Numbered from the stretch's first letter, positions 8,382-17,302 are shown. The stretch: DNA of 64,000 nt from an uncultured virus (IMG/VR IMGVR_UViG_3300025872_000049) (IMGVR_UViG_3300025872_000049); one strand, 5' to 3'. Notes: generated from the sequence alone by a model not told the origin. Program-made: numbers and translations.

Positions 8382-8411
8382 GTACACATACCTACTACGA
8401 AAGGAACTGCT

Positions 8412-8834
8412 ATGAAATACATCGTCCATGAGGGAACCGGCACGGTCATCGCCGTTGATGAGTGCGTCATCGTTGATGTTCCGGAGGATGTACTCACCAC
8501 TCTTGATGGTGACGACTACTTCGATGACAACAAGATTTGCGAGTACGCAAGCGAGAACGGCAAGCCCATCAACACGACCGACCTAACTTGGAGCAACACG
8601 GTGGCTTACTCGCCGTTTGCTATCCGTGAGGAGATTCGTGAGTCCCTTTGGGAGGGATACTCCGACGACGACGAAGAGCGAGCAGTATTGGAGTGGGCGG
8701 AGAAAGCAACTGATGACGAACTCAATCAGATTGCCGAGTACATCCTGTCTGCCAACGACTCGTGGGGTGAATACACCAGCAACATGATGGACGGACTCCG
8801 TGAGGGGTACCGCCGAGCAAAGGAAGGAAAGTGA
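8412..8834 (+). CDS. Acidic hypothetical protein
   Basis: Start after leader/SD. Confidence 0.75.
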   Translation: MKYIVHEGTGTVIAVDECVIVDVPEDVLTTLDGDDYFDDNKICEYASENGKPINTTDLTWSNTVAYSPFAIREEIRESLWEGYSDDDEERAVLEWAEKATDDELNQIAEYILSANDSWGEYTSNMMDGLREGYRRAKEGK

Positions 8835-9196
8835 CCATGAACTACAACACGATTGACATTTCCATCTACAACAGCAACCAAAGTTGGTACTACACCGAGA
8901 TTCGGCAGTACGACATTTTGGGTGTAGGGACACCGCGCCTTCGAGCCGACATTCGTCGCAACGCCTATGACTTCCAGTCATACGCTCGCATTGAGAAGTG
9001 GAGCGAGACTCAGGGCTGGCTAGTGATTTCCGAACACTACATCACCGAGTTTGCTGTGGCGGAATGCTCTTACACTCAGAAAGACCTCACTACCGAGTAC
9101 GAGGACCTCATGCGTCAGTCAGCCGACCGGCTGTTCGAGATTGGGGAAGCATTCCATGGGGTGCGTCGTAAGGTGGAAGCCTACACAACCATCTGA
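8831..9196 (+). CDS. Hypothetical protein
   Basis: GTGA coupling. Confidence 0.7.
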   Translation: MTMNYNTIDISIYNSNQSWYYTEIRQYDILGVGTPRLRADIRRNAYDFQSYARIEKWSETQGWLVISEHYITEFAVAECSYTQKDLTTEYEDLMRQSADRLFEIGEAFHGVRRKVEAYTTI

Positions 9197-9212
9197 CGGT
9201 GGTGGAAGAGAC

Positions 9213-9241
9213 TTGACATTGTTACACAACTCCGGTATAAT
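9213..9241 (+). promoter_or_regulatory. Sigma-A promoter
   Basis: TTGACA-17-TATAAT. Confidence 0.9.
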
Positions 9242-9270
9242 GAAACACCTACTAACGAAAGGGAACTGGT

Positions 9271-9489
9271 ATGACGCAGAGCGTTTACTTTGAGCCGTGG
9301 CAGTCAACTGACGATGTTGAGGTTGTTATCAACCACGACAATCCGATGGACATAACGCAAGCGGTCACCATTGTGAAAGTCACCAACGAGGGAGTCATCA
9401 TCGACTTCTACTTGGACGGTGAACCAACAGGAACCATCGGCATGACTTATGACGAATGGTTTGTAATGGCAACATCAGCAACGAAATGA
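9271..9489 (+). CDS. Hypothetical protein
   Basis: Promoter and SD. Confidence 0.7.
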   Translation: MTQSVYFEPWQSTDDVEVVINHDNPMDITQAVTIVKVTNEGVIIDFYLDGEPTGTIGMTYDEWFVMATSATK

Positions 9490-9500
9490 AAGGAACTACT

Positions 9501-9761
9501 ATGAACAAGTACACAGAAGAACTCATCAAGCATGACGATGCTTACTACCGACAGGCTGTTGGTCTGACAATCGTTGATGTAGATGTTTACTACAACGAAT
9601 ACGACAACGATGTATGGACCCGCCTCATCTGTGAGCGGACCATTGGCGGAAAGACAGAGCGTTTCGAACTCGAACTTTCGCAGGACCCCGAGGGCAATGG
9701 ACCCGGCTTCCTATTCGGTCTACCGACCGTCGCCCCTATCAAGACCACGGTGGGAAAGTGA
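9501..9761 (+). CDS. Hypothetical protein
   Basis: SD GAAAGGA; SQDPEGNGPGFL motif. Confidence 0.7.
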   Translation: MNKYTEELIKHDDAYYRQAVGLTIVDVDVYYNEYDNDVWTRLICERTIGGKTERFELELSQDPEGNGPGFLFGLPTVAPIKTTVGK

Positions 9762-9952
9762 ATGCCATGACAAATGCGACCGGTATAAATGTCAACCACA
9801 TCGTTATCTACTTCGACCGAGATTTATCTGAACGAGATGGTCGTGGCTGGTGCGTTGAGTCGTCAGACTCCGAGATGACGGTCCGCTTTGGGACCATCGC
9901 TGGAGCGTTTGCCTATGCAAGCACTGAAGAGCAATGGCTGAGGGGGGCGTGA
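9758..9952 (+). CDS. Hypothetical protein
   Basis: GTGA coupling. Confidence 0.6.
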   Translation: MNAMTNATGINVNHIVIYFDRDLSERDGRGWCVESSDSEMTVRFGTIAGAFAYASTEEQWLRGA

Positions 9953-10072
9953 CCAACACAAACTAACGACGGTGGCGGATGAGAAAATCTTCCACATGTA
10001 ATTTGACAATCTCATGACAAGTGAGTAAGATGACACGATAAACACAACAACTATCTCAAGGAGTAACACAAC

Positions 10073-10357
10073 ATGGAAACCAGCACAACCGACGTAGTTT
10101 GGGAAGAACCCCAGCCTGCGCGCCGACGAGGAACCGACAAGGTCCTTGTACCCGAGAAGTCAATGAAGAAGTATGCGCCCTTTGTGGAGACGCTCAAGAC
10201 GAACCCAAATCAGTGGGCTGTGTTCAAGAAGGCTTCTTCGCCGACATTTTCAACACGACTCAAAGCCGCCTATCCGGGCGTTGAGACCACCTGCCGTAAT
10301 GTGAAGTCGGAGGATGGCAAACAGCGTTTTGACATCTATGCCCGATGGGTTGGCTGA
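10073..10357 (+). CDS. Hypothetical basic protein
   Basis: Promoter TTGACA(10003)-17-TAAGAT; SD AAGGAG. Confidence 0.75.
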   Translation: METSTTDVVWEEPQPARRRGTDKVLVPEKSMKKYAPFVETLKTNPNQWAVFKKASSPTFSTRLKAAYPGVETTCRNVKSEDGKQRFDIYARWVG

Positions 10358-10395
10358 TGCGAAAAAGCCGACGGTGGCGGAAGACGCCAAACAAT

Positions 10396-10635
10396 GTGTT
10401 GACGATAGATGCTTCCCTTATCAGGAGCATCGTCTGCGACAACATTGACTTCTCCATCCCGACAAGTTTGTACGATTACATGTACGAAGTCGACGACGAG
10501 ACGCTCAATTGGCTCGGCGAACAGATACTTGCCGACCCCGACCTGTGGCTTGCAATCACCGACGCAATCAATTCATACGCACTTTCACTTAAGTTTCAAG
10601 AAGTACTAGACCAAGGAGGAATGGAAGATGAGTGA
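10396..10635 (+). CDS. Hypothetical protein (start uncertain)
   Basis: ORF in operon context. Confidence 0.55.
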   Translation: MLTIDASLIRSIVCDNIDFSIPTSLYDYMYEVDDETLNWLGEQILADPDLWLAITDAINSYALSLKFQEVLDQGGMEDE

Positions 10636-10885
10636 ACTACACCCAGCCGGAACCAATCGCAAGGGAATCAGCGTTGTTCCCAAGGCGTGCCCACGATGCA
10701 TCTCGCACGATTGGATTCCCAACAACAACAAACCAGGTGCATATCCAGGTGCCATCTCTCGGGCGGACAACGCCACGGAGATTTGCTCTGCCTGTGGAGA
10801 AGACGAAGCATTGAAGGACTTCTTCGACGGCGGATGCGAGGCTGTGGATGCATGGCCTGTGGTGAGAACCTATTCAACCATCTGA
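10628..10885 (+). CDS. Zn-finger hypothetical protein
   Basis: CPRC...GAISR.DN..EICSACG. Confidence 0.7.
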   Translation: MSELHPAGTNRKGISVVPKACPRCISHDWIPNNNKPGAYPGAISRADNATEICSACGEDEALKDFFDGGCEAVDAWPVVRTYSTI

Positions 10886-10919
10886 CGGTGGTGGATGACC
10901 ATGTGATAGAAAGTCTCTC

Positions 10920-11390
10920 ATGGTCTCCACTTGGAATGAAGCCTCGCTCTCCGCAGTAAAGACAATCTTTACACTGATTATCCGGTCGAAGGATGCCAGT
11001 GCCTCTCCACTGAGGAGGGGTTTGGATGAATTTATTGCAACGCTCTACGACCGCCCTGCCGGTAAAGAGAAAGCGACTGCTCACTTCAGCAACATCGCCG
11101 CTGATGCTCTGGAGATTGCTCGCCTCCGAGGCATTGACCTAACAGTTGATGAAATCCATCGGACTCTGGTTCGCAAACAGCGAGACTATGGTCCGGAGAA
11201 CATCCGTCGGTTTGGTCGTCAAGGTTTGATGGTCAGGCTTCATGACAAGGTTGCCCGTTTGGAAAACCTTGACGGTGACGGAAGACAGCCGGAGAACGAA
11301 TCCATCAGAGACACTTTCATGGATATCGTTGGCTACTGCGCCATCGGAATGATGTGGGAACGAAACGAGTTCTTGCTCCCGCTCGTATAA
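10920..11390 (+). CDS. DUF1599 / nucleotide-modification-associated domain protein
   Basis: RKQRDYG...GLMVRLHDKVARLENL...ESIRDTFMDIVGY. Confidence 0.75.
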   Translation: MVSTWNEASLSAVKTIFTLIIRSKDASASPLRRGLDEFIATLYDRPAGKEKATAHFSNIAADALEIARLRGIDLTVDEIHRTLVRKQRDYGPENIRRFGRQGLMVRLHDKVARLENLDGDGRQPENESIRDTFMDIVGYCAIGMMWERNEFLLPLV

Positions 11391-11868
11391 AAGCGGGAGC
11401 CGGTGGGTGAATTAGGCGCGCATCGCAAAATCCCCACCGGCTCAACCGCACTGGACCGCAAGGGGGGAACGGTCCAGCAGTGAAACAATACACCATGTAT
11501 TGATGACACATTGTTACAGAACCAAGAAATTTCTCTCAAGTAGCGACGGTGGCGGAAGACAGCCGCTATAGTCAGTCGTAACAAATACAGATGCGCATCG
11601 CGTCATGTTGCTCAACACAGTCAGACCGGCAGGTCTTCTTGAGCGCGCTCCCAAACTAGTGACGGTGGTGTAAGTGGTTCCCCCCGAACCCCCCTCCAAG
11701 CCAGTCGGGATATTGCACTCCTTCCCTAACTCGGGAGGTTGCTAATCCGAAACAAGTTTCGGAATAGCACCGGGATATGCCTTCTTCTTACCCGAGCAAG
11801 ATTCTTTCCGTGGAATGAAGTCAAGCAATGACTTGACTGAGAGCGCGGCTTATGCTAAAAGTTTAGCC

Positions 11869-12285
11869 ATGGGGATTTTTATGTCTGAACAACCACGACT
11901 ATTTGACTTCGAAGAGCAGGCTCCACTTTCGCGCCGAGATAAGAAGCGCCAGAACTATTTGACGCCCGTTAGCCCCGCTATCGTGCTTCAGGTCTGGGAG
12001 ACCTATCTGGCTACCTTCAGCGTTGGCAAGAAGGGTGCGAAGCCCCGCCTCACCGACGAGCGGACGAAGTTGATAACCGTCGCTGTGAACATGCACGGGG
12101 CTGATGTCGTCAAGTCAGCCATACGGGGCTGTTCGCTGTCGGCGTGGCATATGGGGCAGAATCCGACGGGGACCCTGTACACGAGCATCGAACTCATCCT
12201 GCGGGACTCCCAGCACATTGAGAAGTTCGCAAACCTGACGGTGGCGTATGAGAACGGCGGGGGATTCCTAGATGACGAAGAGTGA
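11869..12285 (+). CDS. Putative replication initiator / replisome organiser C-terminal-like protein
   Basis: LTDERTKLI...AI.GC..S.WHMG.N...Y.SIELILR pattern; upstream of loader-like gene; start uncertain. Confidence 0.5.
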   Translation: MGIFMSEQPRLFDFEEQAPLSRRDKKRQNYLTPVSPAIVLQVWETYLATFSVGKKGAKPRLTDERTKLITVAVNMHGADVVKSAIRGCSLSAWHMGQNPTGTLYTSIELILRDSQHIEKFANLTVAYENGGGFLDDEE

Positions 12286-12739
12286 ACTCAAAGCAGTGGT
12301 CGACCGCATCTTCTTGATGTGGAACCAGCAGGTGAATCCCATTACCCAGAAGGAACTGTATAACGGGTGGTGGCGCATTCTATTAGATTTAGAAGAAACA
12401 GATGTTCAGCGCACCATTGACGAGTTGGTCATAGAGAACGGATACATGCCCAGAGCGGGCGAAGTCCGGCGACGCACTATCAATCGTCTCCACGGCGTCA
12501 GTATCCCTAGCCCTATAGAGGCGTGGCAACAGTTCCGTGAGGCGGCGGATGCATCAGCATCTGGAACCTATACGGGTAAATCTATCCACGAAATGGTGGG
12601 GCAAACAGTAAAAGCCCTCGGAGGCACGCAGGCGTACAGCATGCACACCAACGGCGACCGAGAGCAATTCCTGTCTATGTACGAGAGGGTCGTCAAGGAA
12701 TACGAGTCAACCCTCTATGCTCTGCCTCAGAGCCAGTGA
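12272..12739 (+). CDS. Helicase loader/inhibitor (SPP1 G39P-like)
   Basis: MTKSE...W...L.DL....V........YMPRAGEVR. Confidence 0.6.
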   Translation: MTKSELKAVVDRIFLMWNQQVNPITQKELYNGWWRILLDLEETDVQRTIDELVIENGYMPRAGEVRRRTINRLHGVSIPSPIEAWQQFREAADASASGTYTGKSIHEMVGQTVKALGGTQAYSMHTNGDREQFLSMYERVVKEYESTLYALPQSQ

Positions 12740-13272
12740 GAGACACGGTTGTCGTGCTTGAGCACCTCACGCCGGATGTCTACGAGCGTCGGGTCATTGA
12801 AGATGACCTGTAGGTGCTCCACGAGCAGGAGGTTCGGGCAGAACCAGCGCTTCTCGCCGTCGTAGTCCATGGGGTGGGCATCCAAGAGCGCCTGAAGGCT
12901 TGCCTTGGGGTCTGCTCCACGGGCAATGGCAACGCCCCATGCGGTAGCGGTTGACCGGCTCATACCGGCATGACAGTGGACGAGCAGGTCTTGTTGGTCT
13001 GCCCCCCAGAACACCATCTCCTCAACCTGAAACAACTGCGGTCCAGAGCGACGGCTGGTGGTGTCCCCGAAGGACCAGACTCGGTGATTCGGGTGACCGA
13101 ATCGGACTTCCCAGTCCTCGGGTCCGCTCGTGAGAACGGCGCCGAAGTTCTCGCCAATGATGGCGGACTCTTCGAGGTTGCGGATAGTCGGCAAGGCGAT
13201 TCCGTCCAAAGGCTCAGGGCGCTTATGGAGTTCGTCCAACTTACGGGATGAATAGCGGTATCGTAGGCTCAT
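12727..13272 (-). CDS. Protein-tyrosine/dual-specificity phosphatase-like protein
   Basis: LLVHCHAGMSRS (CX5R); start reassigned to ATG 13272 after GAAAGG. Confidence 0.85.
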   Translation of the reverse strand: MSLRYRYSSRKLDELHKRPEPLDGIALPTIRNLEESAIIGENFGAVLTSGPEDWEVRFGHPNHRVWSFGDTTSRRSGPQLFQVEEMVFWGADQQDLLVHCHAGMSRSTATAWGVAIARGADPKASLQALLDAHPMDYDGEKRWFCPNLLLVEHLQVIFNDPTLVDIRREVLKHDNRVSHWL

Positions 13273-13365
13273 AGTTTTACACCTTTCGTGTAGTAGTCGT
13301 TTGTCAAGCAATAGTATAACAGGTAGTTCCCCTGAATGCAACCCGCTTTCAGTAAAGTATCGGGC

Positions 13366-13533
13366 ATGAAGGGACGACCCGCAAAGCCCACCACAAACGA
13401 CCGCTCCACAATCACGCTAAAGATTGACGGGGGGACGAAGAACCGTATCGTGACGCTCGCTGACGGATACGGCATGACCATCACCGAGTACCTGCTCACG
13501 CTGGTGGAGCGAGATGCCCGCCAAACCCCGTAA
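13366..13533 (+). CDS. Ribbon-helix-helix DNA-binding protein
   Basis: GRPAK..ITLKI...K..I..LA...GMTITEYL. Confidence 0.65.
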   Translation: MKGRPAKPTTNDRSTITLKIDGGTKNRIVTLADGYGMTITEYLLTLVERDARQTP

Positions 13534-13867
13534 GAGTCGACCCGACAAACCGACGGTCATCGTCCTGCGTCTACCGGGCAAATACAAAAACGCGATGATT
13601 GAGCATGCGGACGGGTTGGGTGTCCCCTACACCTCATGGTGCGTTGAGGCTCTCGTTCAGGCGCTGAGCGATGAGCGCGGTCTGCCTCCACCTCCCCCTG
13701 CCTCCGCTCCCCTGCCCTCCGAGGTCGACCAACTCCATGCCTACCTGCGGGGTGAGCGCCTCCTCCTACCCTGTGGTCGTGAAGCCCTGTCCTGTGCCGG
13801 TACGGAGAACCCTGAGCGTTTGGGCAGTTCACTGTACTGTCCGGAGTGTCGCATACGAGTTCAGTGA
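13514..13867 (+). CDS. RHH + Zn-ribbon protein
   Basis: IVLRLP...K..M..HA; C-terminal Cys cluster. Confidence 0.6.
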   Translation: MPAKPRKSRPDKPTVIVLRLPGKYKNAMIEHADGLGVPYTSWCVEALVQALSDERGLPPPPPASAPLPSEVDQLHAYLRGERLLLPCGREALSCAGTENPERLGSSLYCPECRIRVQ

Positions 13868-13961
13868 TTATTTGTATTGCTGTTAGATTTATCCAATCAC
13901 GTCGTTACACATAGGGTCAAATAGGTGACGAATGGGGTGTAGTGGGGTGTAGACTGGACCT

Positions 13962-14234
13962 ATGAGCGACAACACTGATGGTCTAGAGTCTCGTCAGATT
14001 GCGATGTACCGTATGTTCGAGACGGTTGCTGAGCGTATGGGTAAGTGGGATAAGTCCACTGGACCGGATGGTGCTCACTATGTCGACAAGTCTCCCTTTG
14101 CCTCTGAGGGCATGGTGTGCTCTAACTGCTCCTTCTTTCAAGGAGGGCGTCAGTGCGAGATTGTCAAGGGAGATATTGACCCAGCGGCTATCTGTAAGTT
14201 GTGGGTCATCAAGGGTTCTCTGCTCAAGGAGTAG
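13962..14234 (+). CDS. HiPIP-like Cys4 protein
   Basis: CSNCSFF...CEIVKGDIDPAAICKLW. Confidence 0.6.
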   Translation: MSDNTDGLESRQIAMYRMFETVAERMGKWDKSTGPDGAHYVDKSPFASEGMVCSNCSFFQGGRQCEIVKGDIDPAAICKLWVIKGSLLKE

Positions 14235-14267
14235 GGTTCTTTCCCTCCCCTTAGGAATCTCTCTCTC

Positions 14268-14501
14268 TTACTTGAGGAGAGTGGCTATTTCGTCTTCTGT
14301 GAGTCCCAATTGCTTAAGTTTATCTAAAGCCGACGCGCGCTTTGCCCAGTAGTCTGCCTCTGCTTCTTCTCGGGCAATCCTATCTACCTCAAACTGAGCA
14401 AGGTCTGCTTCCCTCTGTGCCATCTCCTCTGGGGTGGACATTCGGGTCTCTGATGTTCCATCTGGATACACCGTGGTGATTTCAAACGGCTCTATGGGCA
14501 T
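14268..14501 (-). CDS. Small fibre-associated/chaperone-like protein
   Basis: R.MT.EE...K.SAL.KL..LGLTEDEI; last gene of fibre cassette. Confidence 0.6.
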   Translation of the reverse strand: MPIEPFEITTVYPDGTSETRMSTPEEMAQREADLAQFEVDRIAREEAEADYWAKRASALDKLKQLGLTEDEIATLLK

Positions 14502-14510
14502 GGTTCCTCC

Positions 14511-15089
14511 TTATTGGTTAAATCCAAACACGGTCACAAGACCAGTAATTGAACGGGACGCTGCTGATGCAAAACAAGTAAGCCCATCATAGGCGGTTGC
14601 TTGGGTGTGTAATCCTGCGGCATCTTGAAAATACGCTCCGCTTGTTGTATCCACAATAACCGTTCTCATTGCTGTGGGTTGTGCGAGTTTAGGGCCAAAC
14701 AAATAAATTGTTGCCCCACCACGCAATGTGGTGAGTGTTACGTCGCCAGTGCGGAAAAAATTTTGCCACGAATCCGCTGTTGTTCTTGCCCCACTAACAG
14801 TTGTGCTGTCAGCGCGAAGTCTTTGAGAAACATATGAACTTGCTGTTGTGTTATCTGTTCCAGATGCTCGCAATCGACCGTACATAACCGTTGATGCCGC
14901 AATTTGCGCATAATTACGCATAACAATCATATAGTTATCGTAATCGGTGGTGAATATTCCATTGAGGCTCAATGTTTCGCATGACTCGAACGTGACCGAC
15001 CCGTTGCTGTTGATAGTCGCGGTCGAACCAGTACCCGTCTTAGCAACCGAAGATGGAGTCATCACTACAAGACCGTTAGTCAAAGCCAT
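14511..15089 (-). CDS. Fibre/receptor-binding-like beta protein, paralog 3
   Basis: Shares NGSVTF..C..LSLNGIFT..YDNYMI with two neighbours. Confidence 0.65.
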   Translation of the reverse strand: MALTNGLVVMTPSSVAKTGTGSTATINSNGSVTFESCETLSLNGIFTTDYDNYMIVMRNYAQIAASTVMYGRLRASGTDNTTASSYVSQRLRADSTTVSGARTTADSWQNFFRTGDVTLTTLRGGATIYLFGPKLAQPTAMRTVIVDTTSGAYFQDAAGLHTQATAYDGLTCFASAASRSITGLVTVFGFNQ

Positions 15090-15090
15090 G

Positions 15091-15657
15091 TCAGTTCCTC
15101 ATCCCATACGCGCAAACAAGACCAGACAATGAAACCCCTGTTGGATAAATGGTAATTCCATCGTATGAGGTTGAGAGTTCGTGGGTTCCAGCAGCATCAT
15201 AAATAGATGCATCACTGCTCGTGTCTGCCGAAATTGACCTAAATGCTGTTGGTTGGGACAAAAACGGCCCATACAAATTTACGATGAAACCACCCCAGTT
15301 TGGAGAATCAACTAATCTTGAAGTTTTCCAAAACCCATCTGCCGTAGTCTTATCAGCAGTTATACTGGTGGAACTGGCAATCATTGTCTGTGTGTTGTAA
15401 TCCGTTGCTCCAGTTGCGTCAGTTCCAGAAGTGCGTAAACGGCTATTTATGACGTAGTTGGCCGTAGTTGTATCGTGAGAAACGCGACACACTATCATGT
15501 AGTTGTCGTATGTGCTGGTAAAAATACCGTTGAGCGACAATGCGGTGCAGGTTGCGAATGTAACGGAACCGTTGGTATTGATGGTCGCCGTAGACCCGGT
15601 GCCGGTTTTATCGACGCTGCTGGGTGTGAGAAGGATTAGCCCGTTCTTGTTTGCCAT
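15091..15657 (-). CDS. Fibre/receptor-binding-like beta protein, paralog 2
   Basis: Same conserved motifs. Confidence 0.65.
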   Translation of the reverse strand: MANKNGLILLTPSSVDKTGTGSTATINTNGSVTFATCTALSLNGIFTSTYDNYMIVCRVSHDTTTANYVINSRLRTSGTDATGATDYNTQTMIASSTSITADKTTADGFWKTSRLVDSPNWGGFIVNLYGPFLSQPTAFRSISADTSSDASIYDAAGTHELSTSYDGITIYPTGVSLSGLVCAYGMRN

Positions 15658-16283
15658 CAGGCACCAACCAATCCGTACACCGAAACAAGACCCGTAATGC
15701 TATTCCCGGATGGATAAAAGGTAATTCCATCATAAGAAGAACTGAGTTCGTGAGTACCAGCACCATCAGAGTCAATAGTTGCCCCAACAGATGAGTTTAT
15801 AACTATTGTTCTAAAAGCAGTCGGTTGCGATAAATATGGGCCGTAAACATTCATCGTCAAACCATTTCTATATGTTGTTGCTGATGCCGACAAATCCCAA
15901 AATCCGCTGGTAGTTGAACGAACCCCTCCAACTGTTGAGGCGGAGGCATATATTTGTTGAGTGTTATAGTCGGTATTTGCTGTTGAATCTGTACCAGATG
16001 CGCGTAATCTTGCTTGCAGACTACTGGACGACGTGTTCTGTTGCCATCTAAAAGAAATCATGTAGTTGTCGTAGTTTGCGGTGAATACGCCATTCAATGA
16101 CAGGGTGGCGCAGGTGCTGAATGTTACGGAGCCATTCGCCCCAATACTGGACGAGTTGCCAGTGCCAGTGGACGCAATACTGGTCGGCGTAATCAACACC
16201 ATGCCACCCAACACCTCGGGCGTAGTTGAGGTGAAACCATACGCCCGAGCCGAAGCATTCGCACGAGTACCAACAAGCGGCAT
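15657..16283 (-). CDS. Fibre/receptor-binding-like beta protein, paralog 1
   Basis: Same motifs plus N-terminal MPLVG...AYGF peptide. Confidence 0.65.
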   Translation of the reverse strand: MPLVGTRANASARAYGFTSTTPEVLGGMVLITPTSIASTGTGNSSSIGANGSVTFSTCATLSLNGVFTANYDNYMISFRWQQNTSSSSLQARLRASGTDSTANTDYNTQQIYASASTVGGVRSTTSGFWDLSASATTYRNGLTMNVYGPYLSQPTAFRTIVINSSVGATIDSDGAGTHELSSSYDGITFYPSGNSITGLVSVYGLVGA

Positions 16284-16292
16284 AAGCAGCCT

Positions 16293-16970
16293 TTACTTGA
16301 ACTGCGTCTGGGACGCAAAGACTGTATACGTTGGCGTAGCGGCAGTCTTAAGAATTGTGTAAACATACATATCAATTGATGAGGCATTGCCACTTGTGGG
16401 CGCGGAGCCTCCCTGCCACTTCGGGGTGACCGAACCTCCGTCTACCTGAAAAGCAGTTGGATAGTAAGCCGTTGTCCCCTGAGTGACGGCAAAGACGACC
16501 GTGATGGTGTCATCTACCGCCAAAAGCGACGAGAGCGAGGTCGTGGCATCTCCTCTCACATTCAGGGTCCAGTTGCCGGACGCATCTGACTTGTAGTACC
16601 ACGCGCTGGCAGTCTTAACATCTAAATCAATAGTTCCCGTTGCTGCTGTGTTCGCCGTATACCAGTTTTCCTCTAACTGGTCAACGATGCCCGCAGTAAT
16701 TGTGGCACTGGTTAAAGTTAGCCCAGATACTGTTGCCGACCAGTTCATGCCGGTAGAGATGGCAGAGTTGGCAACAAGGACGGTGTTATTGGCTCCAACG
16801 GGAACCCTGTCGGTCAAGTTGTCTGCCGTACCTGCGAGGATGTCCCCTTTGGCATCAATGGCAGACGGACCCGGAGCACGCTTCCAAGTCGTACCGTTCC
16901 ACTTCCAGACATAGTCACCGACCGCATGGGTGTCGTTAACGCTCGGAGAGTTGGGGAAGTCAATGGGCAT
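16293..16970 (-). CDS. Tail-fibre adaptor-like structural protein
   Basis: IDFPNSP..WKWNGTTW; AKGDIL.GTADN; C-terminus shared with 29189..30040. Confidence 0.65.
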   Translation of the reverse strand: MPIDFPNSPSVNDTHAVGDYVWKWNGTTWKRAPGPSAIDAKGDILAGTADNLTDRVPVGANNTVLVANSAISTGMNWSATVSGLTLTSATITAGIVDQLEENWYTANTAATGTIDLDVKTASAWYYKSDASGNWTLNVRGDATTSLSSLLAVDDTITVVFAVTQGTTAYYPTAFQVDGGSVTPKWQGGSAPTSGNASSIDMYVYTILKTAATPTYTVFASQTQFK

Positions 16971-16998
16971 GTACCCATTTTACACGCCCATTGTGTTG

Positions 16999-17238
16999 CT
17001 AGAGCAGGGCTGGTCCTTGCTTTCTCCAGTTACTGGGAGAATGGTTCTCTTCCACTCCCTTGCGTGTCTCGTCATCGGCATACAGTCTGACGATATGGAC
17101 ACAGGGGTCCCCCTCTTCGAACTCCTCTTCCTCTTGTGAGGTCATCGGTAGTCCGTCATGGGTAATACAGATAGACGGTCCGCACCATCCTTGTTGTATC
17201 CCTATCTCTATCCACTGCTGTAGGGTCAATGTGGGCAT
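16999..17238 (-). CDS. Hypothetical protein
   Basis: GWCGPSICITHDG...DPCVHIVRLY; SD AAGGAGG. Confidence 0.7.
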   Translation of the reverse strand: MPTLTLQQWIEIGIQQGWCGPSICITHDGLPMTSQEEEEFEEGDPCVHIVRLYADDETRKGVEENHSPSNWRKQGPALL

Positions 17239-17302
17239 TGTTCCTCCTTAGTTAGATTTATGAGAACCGGCGCTGCGTCTATGCGCTTGGCAGGTGGGTA
17301 AT

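Noticed and set aside
429..12252. Dispersed repeats as a CRISPR array or integron attC sites
   Set aside because: Spacing is irregular and gene-sized, the repeats are promoter/leader motifs, and no cas or integrase gene is present
4909..13894. AGATAAATCT quasi-palindrome (4909, 6194, 9820 reverse, ~13885)
   Set aside because: Few copies with inconsistent position; may be chance
14511..16283. Diversity-generating retroelement acting on the paralogous fibre genes
   Set aside because: No reverse transcriptase and no near-identical TR/VR pair with A-specific differences seen
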